Below are positions 10,866-23,421 of a stretch of 64,000 nucleotides of DNA, one piece after another. The position numbers and the translations under genes are program-made. Source of the DNA: Eledone cirrhosa (taxonomy: Eukaryota); assembly GCA_964016885.1 (NCBI GenBank), contig OZ024740.1, positions 398,412,001 through 398,476,000 of the forward strand, given 5' to 3'. Position 1 is the stretch's first letter. Each line of letters starts with the position of its first letter. A model generated the notes under the pieces. The model had not been told where the DNA came from. It saw only the letters and a program-made list of their open reading frames with translations, and did no database searches.

Positions 10866-12970
10866 ATGGCTACGAAAAAGAATTTTCATAGGTCACTCCC
10901 ACTCATTCCGTCTTCTTCTTCCTCAATCGTCACTACAGCAGAGAGAAGATTGTCTCTCTCCCTCCCTTCTTTAAATGTGTCTCTCTCCCTCCCTTCTCTT
11001 TCGCAAGCGACGACAGAAAAGAAAAGTCTCGTGCAAAGCGTGCAAGATTTCTCCACGACGACAACGACGACGAAACAGGTGTGCGGGAAATACGAAAACC
11101 CATTTCATTCGTCTGACGTCATGAATAATAGCAGAAGCAGCCGTAATAACAACAGCAACAGTGACAATGAAAACAACAGTAGCAGCCGCAACAGCAACAG
11201 CAGCAGCATAAACAACAACAGCATTAGCAGCAGCAACAACAACAACAACAACCACAGCAACAGCGGCGGTGGCAGTAGTCGTAGTACCTGCAGCAACAAC
11301 AAAAGTAACAGCAGCTCTGACGACAACAACAACAACAACAGCAGCAAAGAAAAACCAATCTCGTTTGCAGGTATCGCGAAGAACCTGGAAACAATCCTCA
11401 TAACAAATGAGGAATTAGAGGAAGCGAAGAAGATGGTGACAAAAACTGGACACCGAGCAATCTGCAAGGCAGCGGAAAAATTTTTCGAAACCCAACAGCA
11501 CTGTGCGGTCACGTACCGTGCAGAAAGTACAAAATCCCGTAGGGTGGAAAGAGCCACAGAGGCTCAAATACAAAAAGCCTTGGGGTCTGTGTGGCAGCGG
11601 AAAACACACATCACCCGAGGCAAGAAATATGCCACCGTAGACGTACTTTTTGCCACACCCCAGGAGGCAAAGGCTCAATCCGTAGTGACCCTAAGGAGCG
11701 AGGAAATGGTGTTGGTGCCCTCCTACTGCGGGCAAAAAATTGTGAGGGTCAAACTGACCCACATCCCCCCCGGGATGGCCCCTTCTTGGCTGGCCGCGTC
11801 TGTCCTCGTCGGAATCGAGGACAAAACAACTGTACTGCAAGTACAGAAAAAAGTAAGAGAAGATTGGGTCGGCACCTCCATTGAGATGTTAATCCAAACC
11901 AACCAGGAGTGCATTGAAGCTATCCCGGATGTGATAGACTTCGATAACGGCACTCAAGTGCCCATAAGTGTTGAGGGCAAACGCCCGAAATGCTTTCGCT
12001 GTGGATCGAAGACTCACCTCAGGGCCTTCTGCAACGAGAAGACCCTGAGAAAGGAGAAACCCCCCTCCTTCCGAAACCGGCTCCACGGCTACCAGCAACA
12101 GGACAAGCGGCAACCAGGAACGATAGGTCCGTGGCACCCATACCCACGCCACGGAAATCAAAAACAGCAGCAGCAGTGGAAGTATTAACAACAACAACAA
12201 CAGCAATACCAAATGCAGCTGCAACAGAGACTCCAGTGCAAACATCACCAACAACAACAAGTGAAAGAGTGGCGCTGATACCCCTCCCCGACCTCACAGA
12301 ATCAGACATGGAGTGTGAGGTGGGAGAGGGATGGCAAAAGGTCGTAAGAAGGCACAAACGCAGAAGCAGCGCATCGTCGCCTTTGAAAAGGGAGGAAAGA
12401 AATGAAAAAAGGGTAAAGTCTACTGCAAAGAGACTCACAGCAGCAACACCACCAACACCATCACCACCCACACTAGCACCACCATCACCACCGGCGACAA
12501 CCCCACCGCCAACAACACCTTCAACACCACCACCACAAGCACCAACATCGCAAACACAACAAAACACACACACCCAGCAACAACGACAAGAAAATAGCAG
12601 AACCACACCCCACCCCCAGAAAAACAAATGCACGGCAATAAATACACACAACAAGAAACTAATGACTTACATAATTGAACACACAGACATTTCACAACAC
12701 GACTACATAATACCAGCACCAATCAAAACGCCAACTAACATAAGACTGCTAAAAATAGCACAGAAACAATACACAAACATTAAAACGAAATTCCCCAACG
12801 CAGTTGGTGATTTCAGGGACCTAGGAGGAACTATCAATCGAAGAGTATATTCAGACATTCTCTTAGAAGAGCCGACGACCAGCCGAAGGGACGATTCAAC
12901 GGTCCCTTCACCAGACGAACAAGTGAAAAGGGATGTAAAAACCATCCCTCCTCTACCAAAAGTACGGTAA
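10866..12970 (+). pseudogene. Tx1 ORF1 (N/S-rich N-terminus, CCHC zinc knuckle, Pro/Thr-rich tail); 1-nt frameshift near 12060
   Basis: CFRCGSKTHLRAFC knuckle; copy B reads through this point in one frame and has one extra base there. Confidence 0.8.
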
Positions 12971-13005
12971 GTGGTCTTTCCCATCTTTTCCACTCTATTT
13001 TAAAC

Positions 13006-16000
13006 ATGACCTCACTCAGAATAGGCAGCATAAATGCGCGTGGCTTGGGGTCGTCATGGAAGCAGGGTCACCTGCTCAACGACCTCAGGTCACTAAACAT
13101 AGATGTAGTGGCCATCAGCGAGACCAGAATCTCCGAAGCACGGGCCTTCGCACCGATCTTCGGCGGCTACGATGTGTACGCATCTCCCAGCCGTCCTGGA
13201 TCGGGGGGTGGAGTTGCTGTGCTTTTTCGGAGAGGTTTGGATCTCGCCATACGGGCCATCTTCCTGGACCCAGAGGGTAAGTTGGTGGTGCTGGACGTGA
13301 CCAGCGGAGACGGGCAAGCTTTCACGCTAGTTGCCGTCTATGCCCCGACAGGAGCAGGGCGGCCTGATTTTTTCCGGCGTCTGGAGACCTTTCTTGGAAC
13401 GTCCCGCTCTTTAGTGTTAGTGGGCGACTGAAACGGGATCTTAGATGTACGCTGGGACTGTGTGGGATTAGCGGATAGGGTGGAGAGTGCAAGAGCCTCA
13501 CCAACCTGCTCAGGCGTTTTGAACTGTCTGACAGGTACCGATTGGATTTCCCGAATGTGACAATGTGAACTTGGACAAATCGCATGTCATCCAGATCATA
13601 TCTAGATAGAGTATTTTGTAGGGAAATAGATAGGTCTAGCATAGGCTGTCCACAATTCAAGATAGTCAGATACACGGACCACAAATTCGTGATCTGTGTG
13701 CTTGACTTAGATAGGCTTCATAGACGAGGACCCGGCTACTGGAAGCTAAACGCGTCCTTACCAGTGCGCAAGGCCTGCAGAGACCGGATTAGCGAACTAG
13801 TTAAGCGGGCGTTGACGGGGGCCATCGTCAACAACAAGTGGTGGTTTGCTCTGAAAAGAGCGATTAGAATAGAATCCATTAGGTTTAGTAAGGCTTTAGC
13901 AATAGAGAAAAATAGAGCAGAGGGAGAACTAATTAGAAAATTAGACGAGGCGCTTAGCAAAGGCATCGCGAACGACGTGCTTGCGGCGAAATTGGCCCTT
14001 GACCAATTCTTCAATGCAAAGCACGAAGGCTGCGTTGTCAGAGCTAGGGTGCCTGCTCTCAGACACGAGGGGACGAAAGCCGTTCAATGGGCCCGAGTAG
14101 CGGAAGCGCGTCGTGGCAACAAAGCCACGATCCGGTCTTTGGTGGACCACGACGGGCGCATGCTACTCGATCCCGGGCAAATGTGTGAAGCTTTTCAGCG
14201 ACACTTCGCTCAGCTGTTCGGGGGCAGCGGTGGGCCGGGTCGAGGGATGGACTTTAGTGTCTACCTCGACGGACTGCCGCGGCTCTCGGCCACTGAGGCG
14301 AAGTGTTGCGAAAAGCCGATAACAGCCGCTGAAGTAAGGGAGGCAATGACTGGCTGCACAAGGGGTAAATCGCCTGGTTTGGATGGTCTGCCCTATGAAC
14401 TTTACGTACAGATGCCAGACTTGTTCGGGGGCCTCTTGGCGGACGTCTACTGCAAATGGCAACAGAACGGGAGAATTCCCAGTTCTGTGAGCCGAGGAGC
14501 GGTGGCACTGCTGAGAAAGGATCCGAACAAGGGGGATAAAATAGATAATTTCCGGCCCATAACTCTGCTAAACACAGAGTTCAAGATTTTGGCCGAGGTG
14601 CTAGCAAAGAGGTTGGCGCTTGTCGTTGGTGGTCTGGTGGGAGAGGCGCAGACATGCGCCATTCCCGACAGATCCATCGACGACAACCTCCACCTCATGC
14701 GATACATCGTAGAGAGGGTAGCTAGGGAACCTGGCACGGGTGGGTCCTTGATCAATTTAGATCAGTCGAAAGCTTTCGATAGGGTCGACCATCGTTACCT
14801 AGCGGCAGTCCTGAGGGCGGCTGGCTTTGGGCCCGTCTTCAGAGGCTGGATCGCTGCCATGCACAGCGACATCTGCTCTGTGGTGAGAGTGAACGGTCAC
14901 CTTTCGGAACCGTTCAACATCATGCGCTCGGTCCGCCAAGGATGTCCCCTCTCGTCCCTCTTGTACGTATTGACTCTCGAGCCATTACTGCACAAACTGG
15001 AGACGTTGAGGGGCATCCCGCGCGAACTAGGATGCGGAAGATCCGTGTCAGCATATGCGGGCGATGTCACCGTAGTGGTGTCGAACGCCAAACACATCGA
15101 GGCGATCGGCACTACACTAAGAGAATACGAAGCGGTGACAGGAGCAATGATCAACCAGGAAAAGTCAGTGGGCCTGCAGCTCGGCACCTGGAGAGGCAGG
15201 TCCATGCCGTCCAACAGCGTCGTCGGACGCTGGACGGACGGACCGGTTAAATTGCTAGGGGTCTGGTTCGGGCTGGACCTCCAGACGGACAAAAACTGGG
15301 ACGAGGTGACGAGCAGGGTGGCTTCTCTCACCCAGAAATGGGCGGAGAGGAAGCTATCCCTGAAAGGTCGAGCGGAGGTGGCTAACGCGTACATCGCGTC
15401 TGTCATCTGCTACCGCCTGACCGTCGTACCTTGTCCTAAGCCTCGCCTGACTGCGCTGGAGCGTTTGCTCTTTCGCTTTTTGTGGAAGGGACGCGCTCCG
15501 ATGGTCATGCGGTCCATCTGTTGTCAATACCCGCTACGTGGAGGGCTGGGAATGCCGTGGCTGATGATGCGCAGGCACGCGCTCAGGCTACGACATCTTC
15601 ACCTCTTCCTCGACGGTGATCAGATGTGGTCGCCGTTTGCTAGACACGTATTTCCCCAGCCCTCGACCAATCGGGCAATGTGATCGGTGGAAACTCCACC
15701 TCGGCGTTCTATAGAGGATTAGTGGAGGGGAAGAGCGACGACGTACTTGGGGAAACTCTAGGCGTCGACGAAAATCAACTAGCCAATCTCTTCGGAAGAA
15801 CTTTCGGGCAAGGGCCTATGGACAAATTGCTGACTTGTGGGTTTATGTCGAACACCTGCTGTCGCGTTTAGGACGGATCCGGCTATCATCTGAGTCCATC
15901 GTGAGGATTGCCTGCCCTCCTCCTTTAGCCAGGAAGGGCAAGCAGTTTTTATCTGTCTGGTGGCCATGGCGAAAGAGATAGTATGGTGGACACGTTTGAA

Positions 16001-16181
16001 AGGGCTGAAGACGAGCACTTACTTCTTCGGTGATGCTCTGATTGACTTTTTCAAATTTCATTTGAAAAGGAAAATCAGAGTAGAGAGGGAAGTGCTCTCT
16101 TCCCAGCATTTTGTTGAAAGATGGGTGAGAGAAGCAAGAATGGCCCGAGTGAATGGGCCTACTCTGAGTATATATCTGTAA
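13006..16181 (+). pseudogene. Tx1 ORF2 (APE endonuclease plus RT), disrupted
   Basis: SINARG, SET, VYAP, YLDR, TDH, PGYWKLN, KSPGLDG, FRPITL, KAFDRV and RQGCPLS motifs; YADD is YAGD; stops, frameshifts and two 3' deletions. Confidence 0.92.
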
Positions 16182-16455
16182 ATTAAAGGTGGAAAACTGG
16201 GAGAGGGCACTTTCCTTGGTGGTCAGGGTCATTGTGGCCTTTTACTGGGCTTTCTCCACAAATGTCCCTCCGAAGTCTCCCCCCTATTGGGGAATTTTTC
16301 ATTGTTTTTTTTGTTACATCCTCTGTTTTTGTTTTTTACACGCAGAAATGCCCATTTGTACCGTCCTGTATTGTCCTGCACTGTCCTTAATGTCTACTTT
16401 ATGTAAACCCTTGTGGTTAATAAAGAAATCATTATTATCATTATTATTATTATTA

Positions 16456-16510
16456 TAAAGTACCAGTAATGAACTGGGTAATTGCTGGCCTTGTGCCTAA
16501 AGTAGAAACA
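16456..16510 (+). mobile_element. 3' fragment of the SINE between Tx1 copies A and B
   Basis: taaagtaccagtaat...ggccttgtgcctaaagtagaaaca flanked by ATT repeats. Confidence 0.85.
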
Positions 16511-16537
16511 ATTATTATTATTATTATTATTATTATT

Positions 16538-19500
16538 GAATGCCATGGTTGACGGAGGCTCGGCTCTGTAAGGTATTGTAACTTTTAACCGTTATAACAA
16601 TTGTAAATTGTTTAAAACTTGAACCAAATTGTAGATAAAGACACCCTCCTCCTAGTGAGAGGGGTCTGTCTGTCCGTTATTTGGCCCTTCGGGTTAAATA
16701 ACCAGTTATTGGGGATTTGTGCCCAATATTCATTTTAAACCGTAAAAAAACATGGCTACAAAAAAGAATTTTCACAAGTCACTCCCACTCCTTCCGTCTT
16801 CTTCTTCCCCAATCGTCATTACGTCAGAGAAAAGATTGTCTCTCTCCTCCCTTCTCTAAATGTGGTGTCGCCTCTTTCGCCTCTTTCGCGAGCGACGCCA
16901 TTAAAGAAAAAGAAAAATGTAGTTTCTCGTAGCGTTCTTCATCAAGAGAACGCGCGTACCGTGGAACATTTCTCCACGACGACGACAACAACGAAAGATG
17001 TGTGCGATAAATACGGAAAGCCATTTCATTCGTCTGACGTCATGAAGAATAGCAGCAGCAGCTGTAATAACAGCAGCAGCAGCAACAGTGGCGAGGAGAA
17101 TACTAGTAGCAGCCGCAACAACATCAGCAGCAGCATAAACAAAGAAATCGTGTTGGTGCCCTCCTACTGCGGGCAAAAAATTGTGAGGTTCAAACTGACC
17201 CAAGTCCCCCCCCCCCCCTCAAACCAACTAGGAGTGCATCGAAGCTATCCCGGATGTGATAGACTTCGATAACGGCACCCAACTTCCCATAAGTGTTGAG
17301 GGCAAACGCCAGAAATGCTTTCGCTGTGGGTCGAAGACTCACCTCAGGGCCTTCTACAATGAGAAGACCCTGAGAAAGGAGAAAAGCCCCCTCCTACCGA
17401 AACCGGCTCCACTGGTACCAGCAACAGCACAGGCGGCAACCAGGAACGATAGGTCGGTGGCACCCATACCCACGCCACGGAAATCAAGAACAGCAGCAGC
17501 AGTGGAAGTATTAACAACAACAACAGTAATACCAACTGCAGCTGCAACAGAGACTCCACTACAACCATCACTAACAAGAACAAGTGAAAGAGTGGCGCTG
17601 GTATCCCTCCCCGACCTCACAGAATCAGACATGGAGTGTGAGGTGGGAGAGGGATGGCAAAAGGTCGTAAGAAGGCACAAACGCAGAAGCAGCGCATCGT
17701 CGCCTTCGAAAAGGGAGGGAAGAAATGAAAAAAGGGTGAAGGCTACTGCAAAGAGACTCACAGCAGTAACACCACCAACACCATCACCACCCACACTACC
17801 ACCACCATCACCACTGGCGGCAACCCCACCGCCAACAACAACACCTTCAACACCACCACCACAAGCACCAACATCGCAAACACAACAAAACACACACACC
17901 CAGCCACAACGACAAGAAAATAGCAGAACCACACCCCACCCCCAGAAAAACAAATGCACGGCAATAAATACACACAAGAAACTAATGACTTACATAATTG
18001 AACACACAGACATTTCACAGCACGACTACATAATACCAGCACCAATCAAAACACCAACGAACATAAGACTGGTAAGAATATCACAGAAACAATACACAAA
18101 CATTAAAATGAAATTCCCCAACGCAGTTGGTGATTTCAGAGACCTAGGAGGGACACTCAACCGGAGAGTATACTCGGATATATTCACAGAAGAGCCGACG
18201 ACCAGCCGAAGGGACGATTCAACGGTCCCTTCACCAGACGATCAAGGTAAGTGATCCTTTCTCACTTGCCCCGTTCCTCACTCAACATGGCCGTATTCAG
18301 GATCGGAAGTGTAAACGTGCGTGGCTTGAGCTCGGTTTGGAAGCAGGGTCACTTTCTTAACGACCTCAGGTCACTAAACATAGATGTGGTGGCAATCAGC
18401 GAGACCAGAATCTCCGAAACGCAAGCTTTCGCACCGATCTTCGACGGTTACGAGGTGTACGCATCTCCGAGCCGTCCGGGGTCTCGCCATACGGACCATC
18501 TTCCTGGACCCATCTTCCTGGACCCAGAAGGTAAGTCGGTGGTGCTGGACGTAAGCGGCACCGAAGGCAACGCTTTCAGGCTAGTAGCCGTCTATGCTCC
18601 GACAGGGACAGGACGGCCAGATTTCTTCAGACGTCTAGAGAACTTTCTTGGAACGTCCCGCTCTTTAATGTTAGTGGGAGACTGGAACGGTATCTTGGAT
18701 GCACGCTGGGGTTGTGTGGGGCTAGTGGATAGGGGAGGAGGGTGCAAGAGCCTCACCAACCTGCTCAGACGTTTTGAACTGTCTGACAGGTATCGACTGG
18801 ATCACCCGAATGTGCCAATGTGGACATGGACAAACCGCATCGGGTCATCCAGATCGTATCTTGATAGGGTATTCTGCAGAGAACTAGATAAGGCTAGTAT
18901 AAGTTGTCCACAATTTAAAATAGTCGACTACACAGACCACAAATTTGTGATCTGTGAGATCGACATAGACAGACTTCATAGACAAGGACCCGGTTACTGG
19001 AAGCTGAACGCGTTTTTGCCGGCGCGCAGAGCCTACAGAGACCGGATTAGCGTATTAGTTAAGCGGGCGTTGACGGGAGCGGTCGTCAACAACAGGTGGT
19101 GGTTCGCCCTGAAAATGGCAATTAAAGTAGAGTCGATTAGGTTTAGCAAAGGACTAGTGATAGAGGAAAATAGAGTAGAGGGAGAGCTAGTCAGAAAGCT
19201 AGAAGAGGCGTTTAGGACAGGCATCGCAACCGACGTACTTGCGGCGAGATTGGCACTCGACCAATTCTTCAACGCAAAACACGAAGGCTTCGTTGTCAGA
19301 GCTAGCGCGCGTGCTCTGAAACACGAGGGGACAAAAGCCGTCCAATGGGCCCGGGTGGCAGAGGCGCGACGTGGCAACAAAGCCACAATTCGGTCTTTAT
19401 CTTACCAAAACTGGCGCGTGTTGCTCGAACACGAGCAGATGTGTGAAGCTTTTCAGCAGCACTTTGGTGAACTGTTCGGGAGCAGCGGCGGGCCGGATCA

Positions 19501-21838
19501 GGGTATGGACTTCAGTGCATACCTCGACGGACTGCCTCGGCTCTCGACGACCGCAGCACAGTGTTGCGAAAAGCCAATAACAGCCGGTGAAATACGGGAA
19601 GCGATGGCTAACTGGACGAGGGGTAAATCGCCAGGTTTGGATGGTCTGCCCTGCGAGCTTTATGCATTTATGCCAGACTTGTTCGGTGACCTCTTGACAG
19701 ACGTCTACTGCAACTGGCAGCAGAACGGGAGAATTCCCAGTTTTGTGAGCCGGGGAGCGGTCGCGCTGCTGAGAAAAGACCCGAACAAGGGGGATATTAT
19801 CGATAACTTCAGGCCCATAACACTGCTAAACGCAGAGTTCAAGGTTTTGGCCAAGGTGTTAGCAACAAGGTTGGCGCTTGTCGTCAAGGGACTGGTGGGA
19901 GAGGCGCAGACATGCGCCATTCCGGACAGATCCATACACGACAACCTCCACCTCATGCGATACATCATAGAGAGGGTGGTTAGGGAACCTGGCACGGGTG
20001 GGGCCCTAATCAACTTGGACCAATCCAAAGCATTCGATAGGGTCGACCATTCGGTACCTGGCGGCGGTCCTCGAGGCAGCCGGTTTCGGGCCCGTTTTCA
20101 GGGGTTGGATCGCTGAGATGTACAGCGACATCTGCTCAATTGTGAGGGTGAACGGTCACCTGTCGCAGCCGTTCAGCATCATGCGCTCGGTCCGCCAGGG
20201 TTGTCCCCTCTCGTCCCTTTTGTACGTATTGGCTCTCGAGCCGTTACTGCACAAACTGGGGGCGATGAGGAGCGTCCCACGCGAACTAAGATGCGGCAAA
20301 TCCGAGTCGGCTTACGCCGACGACATCACCAAGTCCATGCCGTCCGACAGCGTCGTGGGGCGTTGGACGGACGGACCGGTTAAATTGCTCGGGGTCTGGT
20401 TCGGACCGGACCTCCAGATGGAGAAAAACTGGAACGAGGTGACGAGCAGGGTGGCCTCCCTCACCCAGAAATGGGCTGAGAGGAAGCTGTCTCTGAAAGG
20501 CCGGGCGGAAGTGGCGAATGCGTACATCGCATCCGTCATCTGCTACCGCCTCACCGTCGTCCCTTGCTCCAGCCCAACTCTCACCAAAATAGAGCGCCTC
20601 CTCTTCCGCTTTTTGTGGAAGGGAGGCGCTCCCATGGTCAGACGATCCATCTGCTGTCAACACCCGTTGCGTGGAGGACTGGACATGCCATGGCTGATGA
20701 TGCGCAAACATGCGCTGAGGCTGGGACATCTCTGGTGCTTCCTTGACGGTGAACAGGTGTGGTCGCCGTTCGCCAAGTACGTTTTCCCACAGCTCGTCTC
20801 CTTGACGGAGCTGCAGTCCTGGGTCAGAAAAAGACCGAGGGATAGCGCTTGGAAACTGGAATGTCTCCAGGCGCTCACTGCCCTCTCCCAGTTGGGCACC
20901 AGTATCGGTGGAACATCCACCTCGGCGTTCTATAGAGGACTAGTGGAGGGGAAGAGCGACGACATTCTCGGAGAGATCCTGGGCGTCGAAGAAGATCAGC
21001 TGTTTGCTCTCTTCCGGAGAACTTTCAGCCCGGGGCCTATGGATAACTTCCAAAAATCCCTGGCCTGGCAGTGCTACCGGGGAGCGCTGCCGGTTCGAGA
21101 TAAGCTCTACAGGCACGGAAGTGCCGTCAGCCGAGCCTGTCCGAGATGCGCGCAGAACGACGAAACCGTTGTGCACGCACTCGTTCAGTGCCCGAGCATT
21201 GCTGACTTGTGGAGCTATGTCGAACAGTTGCTGTCACGTGTGGGACTGATCTGGTTGTCGACTGAGTCAATTGTGCAGATGGTCTCGCCGTCTTCCTTCG
21301 AGGAGGAAGGGCAGGCGGTTTTCATCTGCCTGGTGGCCATGGCGAAAGAGATTGTGTGGCGGACAAGGTTAAAAGGGTTAAAGACAAACACTTTCCTCTT
21401 CGACGAATCCCTAATTAACTTTTTCAAGTTTCACTTGAAGAGGAAAATCAGGGTGGAGAGGTAAGTGCTGCTTTCTAGCAAGTTTGTTGAAAGGTGAGTG
21501 AATGTAGCGAGAATGGTCCGAGTGAACTCTGAATATACGTCTGTAGTTTGAGAGATGGAAAAATTGAGAGAGGGCGCTTGCCCTGGTGGTCAGGGTGGCC
21601 GTGGTCTTTTGTGTGGTTTTCGCCACGAGTAACCCTCGGAGGTTTCCCCCCTATTGGGGAATTTTTCATTGTTTCAATTTTCATTTTTATTGTTTATATA
21701 TATATATGTTTTATGTCTTTTTTTTTTCTTTTCTTATATAAATAATAAAAATATTTACACGCACAAAACCCACATCGTACCGTTCTGTGCCGTCTGTGAT
21801 GTTTTTCTTGATGTCAGCCCTTGTGGCCAATAAAGAAA

Positions 21839-21840
<2 letters not shown>
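16538..21840 (+). mobile_element. L1/Tx1-clade LINE copy B, 5'-complete, internally deleted
   Basis: Same 5' end as A; ORF1 remnants; ORF2 from ATG 18287 with AYADD and C-terminal CPRC..H....C; AATAAA plus (ATT)n. Confidence 0.92.
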
Positions 21841-21873
<33 letters not shown>

Positions 21874-22737
21874 GTTCTTTGAGTCTCAGTCATTGATGTT
21901 AGTTAACTGGAAAGTTTGTTGAAATGAATATCAAGCCGCTACCTGCAGCCTAGGATATTCAGGACGTACCGGAGGGTTCTTGCTGTTCCCAGCAAGCATG
22001 CCTTTTGAAGTGTTCCAAAAAGCGGGGCTGGACTAATCTTCTTTAACCATCCTTGGAAACTCTTTGAGATAGTACCTAGTGCGCCCATGACAATCGGGAC
22101 GACCTTGATTTCATGGCAGTTCCAAATCCTTTTTAAGTCCCACTTTAAGTCCTGGTATCGGTTAATTTTATCCCTCTCCTTTTCTTGCACTCTCGTGTCA
22201 AATGGGCAGGCAACATCTACAATCAGGCACGATCTTTTTCCTTGTCCAAAACCACCAGGTCAGGCCTATTGTGTTCTAATTTCTTGTCCGTCTGTATCCT
22301 AAAATCCCATAGCACCTTCACCTGATCGTTTTCTCCGAATGTGGTAAATTGTTTACTTTGCATAGACACCACTGGATCACCCTGCCTATCACATCATGTC
22401 TCCAGCCTTTATAGTGAGTCTGGGTTAGGTGTTACATTCGGATACAATGTGAACCACAGTCTCCTCTCTCTCTCCACAGATCCTACACAGTGAGCTAGCC
22501 TCCTCCTTGTCAATATAGTGTTTCACCCATTTCGTTCTGAGGGCTTGCTCTTGCTCAGCCATTAGCATTCCTTCTGTAGCTTTTTTAAGGTCTCCTCTTT
22601 TTAACCAGTTCCATGTCTGTGGATCTCTAAATTCCGTTTTCATAAAGAAGGTACTATGAAGGGATTTTTCATGAAGGCTGCTCTTCCTCCTTGTTGTTAT
22701 TTCCTCCTTGGACATCCCCTGGTCCATTGTCTTCTCC

Positions 22738-22738
<1 letters not shown>
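21874..22738 (-). mobile_element. 5'-truncated R4/Dong-type non-LTR element (CCHC plus restriction-like endonuclease)
   Basis: CRICGEREETVVHIVSEC, VVPIVMGALG and KACLLGTARTLR motifs; (TAA)n tail on its own strand. Confidence 0.85.
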
Positions 22739-22774
<36 letters not shown>

Positions 22775-23085
22775 GGGCGGTGGATTGGCAGTATCGGTAG
22801 AGGGTCGGTCGCCATGCTTTGACGCATTGAAATATGGGCCTTGCCATTCTGAGTTCAAATCCCGCCGAGGTTAACTTTGCCTTTCATCCCTACGGGGTCG
22901 ATAAAATAAAGTACCAGTAATGCACTGGGTGTTTCCTGGCCTTGTGCCAAAAATAAAAACAATTATTATGGTCTGAGTTCAAATCCCGCCGAGGTTAACT
23001 TTGCCTTTCATCCTTACAGGGTCGATAAAATAAAGTACCAGTAATGTATTGGTTAATTGCTGGCCTTGTGCCAAAAGTAGAAACA
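22775..23085 (+). mobile_element. Two tandem SINEs (22775-22961 full length; ~22967-23085 5'-truncated)
   Basis: Family consensus with ATT tails. Confidence 0.88.
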
Positions 23086-23112
23086 ATTATTATTATTATT
23101 ATTATTATTATT

Positions 23113-23217
23113 TCATTTATCTTGCTTTATGTTCATACGAGTTATCACCAAGTCACAACCAGTGACCTCAAGAGACAACAAGGTCCGCCATGTTCAAGAA
23201 AGAACACATACACATCT
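23113..23217 (-). mobile_element. 3' UTR fragment of the Dong-type family at 43202-46222
   Basis: Near-identical to 43209-43305; flanked by ATT repeats. Confidence 0.85.
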
Positions 23218-23235
23218 TTTATTATTATTATTATT

Positions 23236-23421
23236 CGGTGGATTGGCAGTATCGGTAGAGGGTCGGACGCCATGCTTTGCAGCATAGAGTTACGGCCCTT
23301 TATGGTCTGAGTTCAAATCCCGCCGAGGTTAACTTTGCCTTTCACCCTTACGGGGATCGATAAAATAAAGTACCAGTAATACACTGGGGTAATTACTGGC
23401 TTTGTGCCTAAAGTAGAAACA
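23236..23421 (+). mobile_element. tRNA-derived SINE
   Basis: Family consensus; ATT on both flanks. Confidence 0.9.

Larger units (their letters stand above)
10648..16430 (+). mobile_element. L1/Tx1-clade LINE copy A, 5'-complete, defective
   Basis: ORF1 plus APE-RT ORF2; AATAAA at 16419 and an (ATT)n tail; (ATT)n on both flanks. Confidence 0.92.

Noticed and set aside
12040-12080. Programmed frameshift between overlapping ORFs 10830-12188 and 11990-12970
   Set aside because: Copy B has one extra base and a continuous frame here, so this is a 1-nt deletion or a sequencing error in a C run.
13429-13431. Recurrent TGG>TGA/TAG stops in Tx1 ORF2 as a sign of an alternative code, readthrough or APOBEC editing
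   Set aside because: Most Trp codons are TGG, other copies have TGG at these sites, and Trp codons reach stops by single transitions; frameshifts co-occur.
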